In this document: positions 35,380-45,204 of the stretch, piece by piece | Layout of the letters: every line of letters begins with the position of its first letter | Position numbering within the stretch: the first letter of the stretch is position 1 | Source of the DNA: Candidatus Iainarchaeum sp. | GTDB taxonomy: Archaea; Iainarchaeota; Iainarchaeia; Iainarchaeales; JAGVWC01 | Reading direction: 5' to 3' | DNA: 64,000 nt | NCBI GenBank assembly: GCA_018304465.1 | Contig: JAGVWC010000009.1 | Coordinates: 1 to 64,000 of the forward strand | Translations under genes and position numbers: made by a program | Notes under the pieces: model-generated | The model's database searches: none | What the model saw: the letters and a program-made list of their open reading frames with translations, nothing else | What the model was told of the DNA's origin: nothing

Positions 35380-37208
35380 GAAACGATTTTTATTTTTCCC
35401 GGAATTGCTTGTTTAAACTCGTTTTTTCCAAGTGAAAAAAACCAGTGCGAGTCTCCTTTAGAAGTTGTTTTTTCGTTTGAAAACCCCGCGTTTAAAAACA
35501 AGTCTTTGGAAACTTGGTTTTTTTCGGTTCGAAGATAACGTCCCCTCACCATTGCGGCTTTTTGGCGTTTCGCGTTTTCGAGGACATATTGTAAAAGCGC
35601 GTACTCTACTTTGCGGCCTAGTACCCGGCAACTGAGCAAAAAGGAATCAATATTCCATTCGTTTGGATTCGTTTTGTCCAAAATCAGGACGCCGACAATT
35701 CCGTTGTCTCCAAAGCGGTCTTTGACACGGATTGCCAGTATGTTCCACTTGGAGTTTTTTTGCATGTTTTCAATTTCAGCCACCGTATATCGTTTGGTCG
35801 TGAGATTAAACTGGTTGGTTTTGTGCACGAGTTGGGTGATGCGATCCAGGTTTTCGGGTTTTGCCGAAAACACCGTGATTTCTTGTTTTAATCCTTTTAA
35901 ATAAGCTTCGAGCGAACCGGCTTGTTCTTTGAATTCAGTTCTTTGGCGTTGTTTTTGGTACATTTCTTTTTTTTCCAGGTCTTCTTTGGTGATTGCGATT
36001 TTTTCAAAAAACGGTTGTTTGGATAAAAACAACCGGTATTCTTTGGGATCTTCGGGCATTTCTGGCACTGTGACCTGCGGCAGCATTGTGGCTACGAGGC
36101 CTCGTTCAATTGGGTTGTCATCGACAAACACCATGCTGTCGAGCCCGATGTTTAGTTCGTCGGCAATGGATTGGAGGTTTTGGGCTTTGTCCGTCCAGTT
36201 GATTCGAATCGAGGCAAAATCGCTTTTTTGGAGTACCATGTCAGAGTGTTTTTGAAACACTTCTTCGACGTCTTCCGGATTGTTTTTGCTATTGATCGCA
36301 AGCAAAATTCCGCGTTCGGTTAGTTGTTTTAGAAATTGTTGAAATTCAAAAAATTCTTTTCCGGCACTGGTTTTGCTGAGTTTAATATGTTCTAAACCAT
36401 CTTCTCCGATAACGCCTCCCCAGAGCACATTGTCCAAATCCAAGACTACGCATTTTTTGGTTGTGCCCTTGAAGGCGCGCACGTATCGGTTTAATTGATT
36501 GGCAATAAACACCATGAAATCATAGGACCATCGGATGTCCCCGCGGTAATATAATCTTGGATCAAAGGCGCGTTCGCGTCCAAACACACTGGCCGCATAC
36601 TCAGTATCCAATACAAATACGTTTTTTACGTTGGAAAACGTTTTGGCCAGTTGTTGATTGGTTTTTTGAATGAGTTCTACTTGTCCCGAACTTTTGTTAT
36701 CCAAAATTCCAAGGGATAAGGGAAACGGAAGGCGAAAATTACTCACCAAAATTAAGGACCTGGTTTTTTGAACAAGCACTTCGACTAGTTGGCCTACGTC
36801 TTTAACGGCTTCTTGGCATTCTTTTTCTTTTTCCAAAACGGTTGTTTTCAAACTCCATTCAAAGCTTTTGGGAAGAATGGTTTGTCCATCCAGAGCCAAA
36901 AAAACGATTTCGGGGGAAAACGCGTATAGTTCGGAAGATGGATCCAAGATTTCTTTATGCACTTGGTTGTAAGGTCCAAAGTAAATCGTGGGGTTAAACC
37001 CTGCCAATCGACAAGCCAGGGAAAGCGGAATCTCCATGGGTCGAATCGTAAAATTGGACAATACTGCAATTTTGAGGGGTGGGAGAGAATTGGTTTCTTT
37101 TTGGAATTCGTGAAAAAGATCAGTGGTTTCAAGATACGTCAATGCATCGCGGTTCTTCAACAGGAGAAGATATTCCTCGAACAAGGTTTTGCGAAGGGTT
37201 TGGGTCAT
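35376..37208 (-). CDS. FkbH-like glyceryl-ACP synthase (HAD-IIIC phosphatase/acyltransferase)
   Basis: KCVVLDLDNVLWGGVIGEDG, INSKN, FVDDNPIE, KTNQFNLT, DRFGDNG and thioester-Cys motif FLLSCRV. Confidence 0.95.
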   Translation of the reverse strand: MTQTLRKTLFEEYLLLLKNRDALTYLETTDLFHEFQKETNSLPPLKIAVLSNFTIRPMEIPLSLACRLAGFNPTIYFGPYNQVHKEILDPSSELYAFSPEIVFLALDGQTILPKSFEWSLKTTVLEKEKECQEAVKDVGQLVEVLVQKTRSLILVSNFRLPFPLSLGILDNKSSGQVELIQKTNQQLAKTFSNVKNVFVLDTEYAASVFGRERAFDPRLYYRGDIRWSYDFMVFIANQLNRYVRAFKGTTKKCVVLDLDNVLWGGVIGEDGLEHIKLSKTSAGKEFFEFQQFLKQLTERGILLAINSKNNPEDVEEVFQKHSDMVLQKSDFASIRINWTDKAQNLQSIADELNIGLDSMVFVDDNPIERGLVATMLPQVTVPEMPEDPKEYRLFLSKQPFFEKIAITKEDLEKKEMYQKQRQRTEFKEQAGSLEAYLKGLKQEITVFSAKPENLDRITQLVHKTNQFNLTTKRYTVAEIENMQKNSKWNILAIRVKDRFGDNGIVGVLILDKTNPNEWNIDSFLLSCRVLGRKVEYALLQYVLENAKRQKAAMVRGRYLRTEKNQVSKDLFLNAGFSNEKTTSKGDSHWFFSLGKNEFKQAIPGKIKIVS

Positions 37209-37951
37209 GGCATGATGCTCCCGCCGCTCACAACAATATTGGATCCGGTCAAATATTGGCTTTCATCACTTGCCAAAAAAACAATGGTTTGAGCAATTTC
37301 TTTTGGCGTAGCAATGCGTTTGAGCGGAATCTCTTGGGTTTTTTGGCGGAGGGTTTCTTCGGATAAATGAGCAATAGCATCGGTTTGGGTGATCCCAGGA
37401 GAAACCATGTTGACGCGGATTTGATAGGCGGCCAGTTCGCTCGCAAGTGATTTGGAGAGGCCCATTAAGGCGGATTTCGCCGAAACGTACGAACTCAACA
37501 TGACCGGGGGTTTTCCAAGGGCATAAGTGGAAAGAATATTAATAATACTCCCTTTTTTTTGTTGGATCATAGAGGGCAGCACGCTTTGGATACAGTAAAA
37601 GGATCCACCCAAATGTACCGTAATATCTTTTTGGACATCGCTCCATTCAAGTGTTTGAAAACGTTTGGGAAGAATGGGACCGCTGGCATTATTCACGAGC
37701 ACGTCAATGGATTTGAACCGATTCAAGGCTTGTTGAACCATAGAGTGTACTGCGTTGGGGTCCGTTACATCGGCTTGGATGGCAATGGCGTGGGAACCAA
37801 GTTCTTTGGCGAGTTTTAATGCATTGGCGGAATCCGAGTTATAATTAATGATGACTTTGGCGCCTTCAGATACACATAAACGACAAATTTCGCTTCCGAT
37901 GCCGCCGCTTCCGCCGGTTACCAGCACTACTTTGTTTTTGAGTCGCTCCAT
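37205..37951 (-). CDS. SDR ketoreductase (FabG-like)
   Basis: TGGSGGIG, LVNNA, YVSAK and IRVNMVSPG motifs; overlaps the FkbH start. Confidence 0.92.
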   Translation of the reverse strand: MERLKNKVVLVTGGSGGIGSEICRLCVSEGAKVIINYNSDSANALKLAKELGSHAIAIQADVTDPNAVHSMVQQALNRFKSIDVLVNNASGPILPKRFQTLEWSDVQKDITVHLGGSFYCIQSVLPSMIQQKKGSIINILSTYALGKPPVMLSSYVSAKSALMGLSKSLASELAAYQIRVNMVSPGITQTDAIAHLSEETLRQKTQEIPLKRIATPKEIAQTIVFLASDESQYLTGSNIVVSGGSIMP

Positions 37952-37955
37952 GGAT

Positions 37956-38387
37956 TCACCTCAATACCTTGACTTTGGCAACCCCGTCCACCAGAATTTC
38001 TTCTTTTGCATTTCGGGCTTGGGTTTGGATGGTTAAAATGCGCGTTGAATCGGATTTTGCAATGACGGTTCCTTGAATCGTGAGTCGAGAAGGAAGAAAG
38101 ACGGGTTTTCGAAAAACGCTTTCCTGAGAAAGATACAGGCAATATTTTCCTGGAAGATGCATCCCAACCAATTGCGAAAAGAAAGCGTTGATAAGTGCTC
38201 CGTGACAAATAGGTTGCGAAAACTCGGTTTCTTTGGCATACGTTGGATCCATGTGAAGCGGGTTGTAATCCCCTGAAAGGCCTGCAAATTCTTTTACTGT
38301 TTGATGGTTAACCGTTACAGGAAAGGAAACATGGCTGCCGATTTGAATTTCGTCAAATACTTTTTCTTCGACCGAAGCCGCCTTCAT
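37956..38387 (-). CDS. MaoC-like hot-dog dehydratase
   Basis: FAGLSGDYNPLHMD, HGAL, LPG and FRKPV motifs. Confidence 0.92.
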   Translation of the reverse strand: MKAASVEEKVFDEIQIGSHVSFPVTVNHQTVKEFAGLSGDYNPLHMDPTYAKETEFSQPICHGALINAFFSQLVGMHLPGKYCLYLSQESVFRKPVFLPSRLTIQGTVIAKSDSTRILTIQTQARNAKEEILVDGVAKVKVLR

Positions 38388-38935
38388 AAGGTTGACACCA
38401 CCCGTGCTGGATTTCCAAGTGCAACGGAATGAGGGGGAATACTCGAAGCCACAACGCTTCCTGCGCCGATGAGCGCGTATGGTCCAATGTGCACACCAGG
38501 TAAGATAATAGACCCGCTTCCGATGTATACATGGTCGTGAATTTGAATCGGGTCGCTGGTAATGGAGCGACCGGGAATAGCACAGGGTCGAAATGATGCG
38601 GATGGTTTGGCTGAGACTTTTGACATGGATTCGATTCCATGAGTTAAGAAGGTTACGTGGGGGGCAATATCCACATTGTTTCCGAGAATAATTTTTTCTT
38701 CAAGATCAAACATCGTGAGGTTTCCGATCACTACGTCATTTCCAATCTCTAGATTTTTGTAGGAATAGATTTGAAAAAAGCGTAATTCTCCCATCACAAC
38801 GTTGGATCCGATTCGGCATCCAATTAATCGAAATAAAAAAGTTCGAATGGGGGGAAGCAAAATGATCCTCTGAATTCGGTCAAAAATGAGGAAAAAAAAG
38901 AGGACTATGCGACTTGGCTTTTGAGTCATGAACAC
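38384..38935 (-). CDS. hexapeptide-repeat (LbH) acyltransferase
   Basis: IGSNVV/IGNDVV/LGNNVD repeats, IGSGSIILPGVHIG and GNPARV. Confidence 0.9.
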   Translation of the reverse strand: MFMTQKPSRIVLFFFLIFDRIQRIILLPPIRTFLFRLIGCRIGSNVVMGELRFFQIYSYKNLEIGNDVVIGNLTMFDLEEKIILGNNVDIAPHVTFLTHGIESMSKVSAKPSASFRPCAIPGRSITSDPIQIHDHVYIGSGSIILPGVHIGPYALIGAGSVVASSIPPHSVALGNPARVVSTL

Positions 38936-38970
38936 CTAAACAACTATGTAAAGATATGGTATATATTTTT

Positions 38971-39927
38971 TTAGTTACGGTGTCCGGGTGGGGAAAAGAT
39001 CCCTTTTAATGAAAATGAACGTAGGTATTGAGAAATAGTTGGGTAATATAGGACGAAAAACAACCCGCTCGTCGCCTGGTTGATAATCAAGACAATGGTT
39101 AAAGCCAGCAAGGAAATTTCAACAGGGATCGAAATCAAGGTATACAAATATACCAGACTCCCTTCCTTTAGTCCGATGCCACTGGGAGTAATGGGAATAT
39201 ACCCAATCAAAAGCGATGCGATACTTAGAATGACAAACGGAATAATGGGCGGAGAGAGCCCAAACCCCAAGAAGACAATGTAAAGCGTCATACTTGCGAT
39301 AACAAGTCGAAGAATGCTTAGAACCAGATTCAAAAGAATTCTTTTTTTTTCGAATAGATACAATTGAATGGTTTTTCCGAATCCTTCCAACAGCGGTTTT
39401 TCAGTGGGAAAAAAACGCTGAATAACTTTTCGCACCAATACGCGTCCCGTAGGGGTGAGACTAAAAAAAGATAAAATCATTAATCCCGCGATTCCAAGCA
39501 AAAGCATAACGAGGGTATTTTCTAAGAAAAACGCTACGGATAACGCCACAAAAATCAAAACTGCCACCAGTGAAATCAGTTTGTCCAAAAATACCATCGC
39601 GCTGGTGCTTCCTAGGCGTGCGCCTTTTTTTTCCAAAAAAGTCGCTACAAATAGTTCACCTAAATGACCAGGCAGGAAAGCATTGATTGCAAAAAGGAGA
39701 TTGGACAGCGTTACGGATTCTTTGAAAGAAATTTTCAATACGGGTTGTGCAAAAAAATATAGATTCAATCCCGAAACAAGGAAAGTGAACGCGATAGGAA
39801 TAAGAGTCAATAAGAGAAAAACGAAATTAAAACGAGAAAACGCGGCAATAATTTTTTCAGGTCCGACGGTCAAATAAAGAATACTCAGAATCAGGAGTCC
39901 GATTCCAATTCCGATTCTTTTGTCCAT
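38971..39927 (-). CDS. UPF0104/LPG-synthase-TM family putative lipid-linked sugar flippase
   Basis: NAFLPGHLGE, VFLDK and IPITPSGIGLKE motifs; multi-TM. Confidence 0.85.
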   Translation of the reverse strand: MDKRIGIGIGLLILSILYLTVGPEKIIAAFSRFNFVFLLLTLIPIAFTFLVSGLNLYFFAQPVLKISFKESVTLSNLLFAINAFLPGHLGELFVATFLEKKGARLGSTSAMVFLDKLISLVAVLIFVALSVAFFLENTLVMLLLGIAGLMILSFFSLTPTGRVLVRKVIQRFFPTEKPLLEGFGKTIQLYLFEKKRILLNLVLSILRLVIASMTLYIVFLGFGLSPPIIPFVILSIASLLIGYIPITPSGIGLKEGSLVYLYTLISIPVEISLLALTIVLIINQATSGLFFVLYYPTISQYLRSFSLKGIFSPPGHRN

Positions 39928-39959
39928 ACAGATCCATTAAACATTTGAAAGAAAAAGGG

Positions 39960-41069
39960 TTAGTTTTGTGAAAAAAAGTTTCGAACGACTTGAATGACAT
40001 AGTCAATTTGTGCGCGTGTAATTCCCGCACCACTAGGCAATGACACTCCACTCGAGCTAATTTCTTCGGAAACAGGAAACGATTCGGAAGAGTGGTACGG
40101 TGGAAGTTGACTCAAGGGATAAAATACACGACGCGAATCAATTCCGTGTCTTTTTAGGACATTCATAAACGAATCACGATGAGGTACCTTGATCGTGGTC
40201 ATCCACCATACGCTTTCTGAGTTTTTTGGGGATTGTTGAAATTCAATTGAAGAAATATCCGAAAGACCGTTCAGATAGGCTTTGTACACTTCTTTTTTTT
40301 GTTGAATAATTTTTTGGATTCCTTCCAATTGTCCCAATCCAAATCCGGCTTGTAAAGCGGTCATTCGATAGTTGAACGCAATTTCGGGATGCCAGTATTG
40401 TTGCTCGGGAATCATTCCGTGGTTTTTCAAAAAATTAACCCGGTCGATTAATTGAGAATTGTTCGATACGACCATTCCGCCTTCGCCCGTCGTAATGATT
40501 TTGTTTCCAAAAAAGCTGAATGCGCTCAAGTCTCCGAATCCGCCCACGGTTTTTCCTTCAAAGCGGGCGCCGTGTGCTTCCGCCGCATCTTCGATGAGAG
40601 GCAGCTGGTGGGTTTTGGCAATTTTGGTTAATGCCGACATGTCACACGGAGCACCATATAGATGAACACACACAATTGCTTTGGTTTTATCCGTTATTTT
40701 TTCTTCGATTTTTTTTGGGTCCAAGTTCCAGGTTTTTGGATCCACATCGACAAACACGGGTTTGGCCCCTAAATATGCCGCGGCATTGGCGGTTGCAATA
40801 AACGACAAATTCGGCATCAAAACTTCGTCGTCTTTTTGGATTCCGACCGCGTGGTACGCCAAATGCAAGGCGGCAGTTCCATTCGAAACCGAAGTTGCGT
40901 ATCGGGTTCCCACAAATTGCGCGAATGCATCTTCAAAGCGTTTGACAAACGGGCCTTTGGAGGAAACCCATTTGGTTCGAATGGCTTCGGTTACGTATTT
41001 TTCTTCGTTACCGCAAAGGATGGTATCGGCAATGGGAATGAATTCGTGGACTTCTTTTTGTAAGGTCAT
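39960..41069 (-). CDS. DegT/DnrJ PLP aminotransferase (perosamine synthase-like)
   Basis: WVSSKG, SNGTAALHLA, EDAAEA, SFFGNKIITTGEGG and NYRM motifs; ATG at 41069. Confidence 0.94.
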   Translation of the reverse strand: MTLQKEVHEFIPIADTILCGNEEKYVTEAIRTKWVSSKGPFVKRFEDAFAQFVGTRYATSVSNGTAALHLAYHAVGIQKDDEVLMPNLSFIATANAAAYLGAKPVFVDVDPKTWNLDPKKIEEKITDKTKAIVCVHLYGAPCDMSALTKIAKTHQLPLIEDAAEAHGARFEGKTVGGFGDLSAFSFFGNKIITTGEGGMVVSNNSQLIDRVNFLKNHGMIPEQQYWHPEIAFNYRMTALQAGFGLGQLEGIQKIIQQKKEVYKAYLNGLSDISSIEFQQSPKNSESVWWMTTIKVPHRDSFMNVLKRHGIDSRRVFYPLSQLPPYHSSESFPVSEEISSSGVSLPSGAGITRAQIDYVIQVVRNFFSQN

Positions 41070-41076
41070 TTTTTCC

Positions 41077-42066
41077 TCATTGGACGAGCGATTTTTGTTT
41101 GGCTGCTTCCCATGGCCATTTTTGATCATTCTCGTTGAAATAGTCCACGGTTTTTTGCAGTCCTTCTTCAAAGGATACTTTGGGTTCCCAGCCGGTTAGT
41201 TTATGGAGTTTGAAATAACTGGCTTGGAGTTGTTCAACATCGAGGGGTCGTAAGCGTCGTTGTTCAATGGAAATATCAATGGAATCATGACCCATGATGG
41301 CCGATATTTTTTCGGCGATTTCTTTGATGCTAAAATCGGTTCCATAGCCGCCGTTAAAGACTTGGCCCACGGCTTTGGGTTCTTTCATCAATGCGATCCC
41401 GGCTTTGGCGGCGTCAGTTACGTAAGTAAAGTCGCGGCGGGCATTGATATTTCCGAGTTTGAGCTTGTTCGATTTCGATAATTGTGAAATGAGTTCCGGG
41501 ATAATGTAAGGATGGGTTTCGCGGGGTCCAAAGCAATTGAATTGGCGCAAAATAATAACGGGCAGTTCTTGTTCGTAATGTAAGGTGTAACAGAGTCGAT
41601 CCGCAGCGGCTTTGGCCACTGCGTAGGTCGAATGCGGATTGATGGGATGGTGTTCGTCCATGGGAACTTGACGCGCGGTTCCATAGACTTCGCTCGTGGA
41701 CCATTGAATGATGCGTTCAACCCCGGTTTTTTTGGCTGCCAGCATGACATTTAATGCACCGGTGGCGTTGATGTCAAAAAAATCAAAGGGTTTGTCGTAA
41801 CAATCGGGAATATACGGCATGGCCGCGAGATTGAACACGTATTGGATATGATGATCCTTTAAAATCTGGGAAAACAGGGGACTTCGGATGTCTTCTTCAA
41901 TGATCGTGATTTCGTTTTTGATTTCTTCAAGGTTTTCGTGTAATCCGCTCATGAAATTGTCCAGTATCGTGACATTGGCGTTTACAGCCCGTAACTCTCG
42001 AACGAGGGTAGAACCGATAAATCCGGCGCCCCCCGTGACCATAACGTTTTTTCCAGATAAACTCAT
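41077..42066 (-). CDS. NDP-hexose 4,6-dehydratase / extended SDR
   Basis: TGGAGFIGS, STSEVYG, YAVAK and RDFTYV motifs. Confidence 0.9.
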   Translation of the reverse strand: MSLSGKNVMVTGGAGFIGSTLVRELRAVNANVTILDNFMSGLHENLEEIKNEITIIEEDIRSPLFSQILKDHHIQYVFNLAAMPYIPDCYDKPFDFFDINATGALNVMLAAKKTGVERIIQWSTSEVYGTARQVPMDEHHPINPHSTYAVAKAAADRLCYTLHYEQELPVIILRQFNCFGPRETHPYIIPELISQLSKSNKLKLGNINARRDFTYVTDAAKAGIALMKEPKAVGQVFNGGYGTDFSIKEIAEKISAIMGHDSIDISIEQRRLRPLDVEQLQASYFKLHKLTGWEPKVSFEEGLQKTVDYFNENDQKWPWEAAKQKSLVQ

Positions 42067-42196
42067 AACAATCCCCAAGTATTACTTCTTACTACTTTAT
42101 CCTACCTTTATGTTTTTATAAAGATTTTGGTGCGATCAAACCCCTTTTTCCGGTTTCGAATGCAAATTTAAATACTTTGACGGTTTTTTTGGATAG

Positions 42197-42931
42197 ATGA
42201 AGGAAAAAATATCCATTTCACTTGATTCCGGCACGATTGCGTCCCTGGATCAAAGTATTGATAATAAATTGATTCGAAATCGAAGCCAAGCCGTCGAATT
42301 CGTTTTGGCCCAATATTTTGATTCCAAAGCCCCGCTCAAAGCCGTGTTGCTGGGCGGCAAACTGGAAGAATCCGCCAAACTGTTGAATTTGAACAAGATT
42401 CTGGATGAATTGGCCCAAGCCGGCGTCACGGAACTCATTGTCGCGGGCGGAAAAGCAACGGAGCGGATTTTTTCGGAAATCCAAAAACATCCGTTTTATT
42501 CGAAAAAATGCATGTACTTGCGTGAAGACGCTCCGCTTGGAACCGCGGGCGCGGTAAAACTGGCGGCCAATTATTTGCAGCACGCGTTTATCGTCACGTA
42601 TTTGGACGTCGAATTTTCCATGGACTTGGCCAAGATGGTTGCGTTTCATAAAAAATCCCGCGGACCGGCCACCATGGCGGTCACGTATGTGGAAGGAAAC
42701 AACCTGACGGATTACATTCGGATTTCAGGGGAAAACATCAGCGAATTCGAATACAAATCCGGTCGCACCACCAAATTGCAGAACGCGGCCGTGTATGTAT
42801 TCGAGCCCTCGATTTTGGAAGAGTTGCCTTCAAAAGGCGGCTTGGAAAAAGAATTGTTTCCGCAATTGGCCAAAGAAGGAAAGCTTCGCGGATTCATGTT
42901 CGACACCAAATGGAAGCATCTTGAAAAATAA
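42197..42931 (+). CDS. ribbon-helix-helix domain fused to a degenerate sugar-phosphate nucleotidyltransferase domain
   Basis: KISISLD...LDQSI...NRSQAVEFVL (CopG/NikR-like), then AVLLGG lacking GTRL, EDAPLGTAGAV, NAAVYVFEP and LEKELFP. Confidence 0.8.
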   Translation: MKEKISISLDSGTIASLDQSIDNKLIRNRSQAVEFVLAQYFDSKAPLKAVLLGGKLEESAKLLNLNKILDELAQAGVTELIVAGGKATERIFSEIQKHPFYSKKCMYLREDAPLGTAGAVKLAANYLQHAFIVTYLDVEFSMDLAKMVAFHKKSRGPATMAVTYVEGNNLTDYIRISGENISEFEYKSGRTTKLQNAAVYVFEPSILEELPSKGGLEKELFPQLAKEGKLRGFMFDTKWKHLEK

Positions 42932-42937
42932 CATCGA

Positions 42938-44029
42938 TTATTTTTTCTTGTGGCCGCGCGCCAATTCCGCTAAAACGGCTTCAAGCGTGATGCGAAGAAC
43001 CGGGGTCAAACGACCGCTGTTTTTTTGAATGAAATCCATAATTCCTTTTTTTGAGAATTTGATAATGGCAAAATAAGCCGCTTCGTCATCTTTTGGTTTG
43101 TTTCGAAGCTGATATTCGCCAGGTTTGGTTTCGATGAATGCCTCGCGGACAAAATCGTATGGGTCACTGGCCCGATATTCAATGGCGTAAACGAATTCCG
43201 CACTCGGATCCACTTTTTCCAGGCTTCGCGCAAAAGCGATTGGTTCGCCTTTTTTAATTGTGCGACGCGTGGTTTTCAATGTTCGAAGTCCGCGTCCAAG
43301 AAAGGAAAGATTCTTAGGCGAAAACCCGGTTTCTTCCGCGATTTCGTTCAAGGCGTGCCGCGCGGGAACGACGGGTTTTTTTCGGAATTTTTTCGAATCG
43401 CTTTCAACGGTTCCGCCGATGACGTGAAAAAAATGATCGTACAGACGCGTGTTTCCCCGATTCGGAATTACCAAAAACGTTTTTCCAATCGAAAGCAATC
43501 CAGACGCGCCAAGCAATTGGGAAAACGTTTTGGCATACCCGATTTTTCCGCGAGAGCGGTTTTCTTCTCGAAATAATTTTCGGACTTGGGTTTGCATCAT
43601 TCCCCGAAGCACATCTCGTGCGCGCAAGTTGTCGCCGTATGTTCCCGGGGCAAGGGTTACTCGCAAGGTTCCTTTTTTGGTAACGTCCATGCGATCAATG
43701 GTGTGTTTGGTCGTTGGATGCCGATCCGCGTAAGACCACGGGGCTTTTCCGCCGTTTTCACGTGTTTTTCGGGCAAGTAAATCATTTGCTTGTGTAATGA
43801 CTGCTTTTGCAGAGGGAGTTTTTTTTGTTTTTTGTTTATATGCGACTTTGGGCGAGTGAAAACCAATGCGGCCCACGGCGGATAGTTCACCGGGGTGTTC
43901 TGGCTTTTTTCGTTGTCGCACGATCAGGAGGTTTTGTTTGAGTTTTCGAACACGATAACCTGCAGCAGGCATAACAATAAGAGCATGCGCGGCATATTTA
44001 TCTTTTTCTGTTTTTTCGTACCGAATCAT
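42938..44029 (-). CDS. hypothetical basic protein with a Nudix-box-like motif
   Basis: 363-aa ORF containing IGGTVES...HALNEIAEETGF; very Lys/Arg-rich. Confidence 0.55.
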   Translation of the reverse strand: MIRYEKTEKDKYAAHALIVMPAAGYRVRKLKQNLLIVRQRKKPEHPGELSAVGRIGFHSPKVAYKQKTKKTPSAKAVITQANDLLARKTRENGGKAPWSYADRHPTTKHTIDRMDVTKKGTLRVTLAPGTYGDNLRARDVLRGMMQTQVRKLFREENRSRGKIGYAKTFSQLLGASGLLSIGKTFLVIPNRGNTRLYDHFFHVIGGTVESDSKKFRKKPVVPARHALNEIAEETGFSPKNLSFLGRGLRTLKTTRRTIKKGEPIAFARSLEKVDPSAEFVYAIEYRASDPYDFVREAFIETKPGEYQLRNKPKDDEAAYFAIIKFSKKGIMDFIQKNSGRLTPVLRITLEAVLAELARGHKKK

Positions 44030-44060
44030 TAAAATAGTGTTTTTGAAGTAGTTTTCATGT

Positions 44061-45200
44061 ATGAAAGTCTTTGTCGTAGGTCCGATTTACCCTTTTCGCG
44101 GAGGAATTGCGCACTCGAACAGGATTCTTTGCGAAAACCTCCAGAAAAAGCATGACGTGACGGCGATTTCTTTTTCGCGCATGTATCCAAAAATCTTGTA
44201 CCCTGGGAAAGAGCAAAAAGAAGTCACGGAAGACGCTTCGTTTGCGGTGAAAACGGAGTACTTTCTGGATTCCATGAATCCACTGACGTGGTTTAAGGTC
44301 GCGGACCGGATCAAAAAAGAACAGCCGGACTGGGTGGTGTTTCAATGGTGGCACACGTTTTTTGCTCCCCTGTACTGGACGATTGCGAAATTTGGGAAAA
44401 ACCAAAAAACACGGTTTTCCGTGGTTTGTCAAAACGTGTTGCCGCACGAAGAAAGCAAAGTGCACGAGTCCTTGACGAAATTTTTTTTCGGAAAAGTGAA
44501 TTATTTTATCACATTATCCAGTTCGGATCTGCAAATTTTGAAAAAATTGTTGCCGTCGGCGAACGCGAACTGGATTACGGAATCAACGTACGAAACCCAG
44601 TTTGGCCAAAAGTCATCCAAAGCGGAGGCCAGGAAAAAGCTGGGTGTGAAAGGAAACGCGATTTTGTTTTTCGGGTTCGTGAGGCCGTATAAGGGATTGG
44701 AATTTTTGTTGCGGGCGATGCCTGAGCTTTTGAAGAAAAAACACGATTTGACCTTGATGATTGTAGGCGAGTTTTGGAATGATAAAAAAGAATATTTTAA
44801 TTTGATGGACGAATTAAAAATTAAGGATCATTTATTGATCGTTGACCGATATGTGGCCAACGATGAGGTTCCGACGTATTTTTCGGCCGCGGATGCCGTG
44901 GTATTACCTTATGTTTCTTCTACCGAATCAGGAATCATTCAATTGGCTTATGGACTAAACACGCCAGTGATCACAACGGCAGTCGGCGGAAATGTGGATC
45001 TGATTGAACATGAAAAAACCGGGCTGCTTTGCAGACCCAAAGACCCAGCCGATTTGGCCCAAACGGTTCTTTCGTTTTATCAAAAAGACCTTGAAGGCCC
45101 TATCAAAAAAGGAATGCGACAAAACGCTGACTTGTTTAGATGGACCTCGGAAAAAGAAAGCGTTTTTTTTAACCAAAAACAATCCAAAGGAAAGGAGTGA
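44061..45200 (+). CDS. GT4 glycosyltransferase
   Basis: GPIYPFRGGIAH, FFGFVRPYKG and AADAVVLPY motifs. Confidence 0.93.
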   Translation: MKVFVVGPIYPFRGGIAHSNRILCENLQKKHDVTAISFSRMYPKILYPGKEQKEVTEDASFAVKTEYFLDSMNPLTWFKVADRIKKEQPDWVVFQWWHTFFAPLYWTIAKFGKNQKTRFSVVCQNVLPHEESKVHESLTKFFFGKVNYFITLSSSDLQILKKLLPSANANWITESTYETQFGQKSSKAEARKKLGVKGNAILFFGFVRPYKGLEFLLRAMPELLKKKHDLTLMIVGEFWNDKKEYFNLMDELKIKDHLLIVDRYVANDEVPTYFSAADAVVLPYVSSTESGIIQLAYGLNTPVITTAVGGNVDLIEHEKTGLLCRPKDPADLAQTVLSFYQKDLEGPIKKGMRQNADLFRWTSEKESVFFNQKQSKGKE

Positions 45201-45204
45201 AACC

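Noticed and set aside
34756-38935. Reading the module as fatty-acid synthesis or a PKS cluster
   Set aside because: No ketosynthase, malonyl transferase, enoyl reductase or PKS/NRPS module is present; FkbH and the sugar context point to short acyl transfer.
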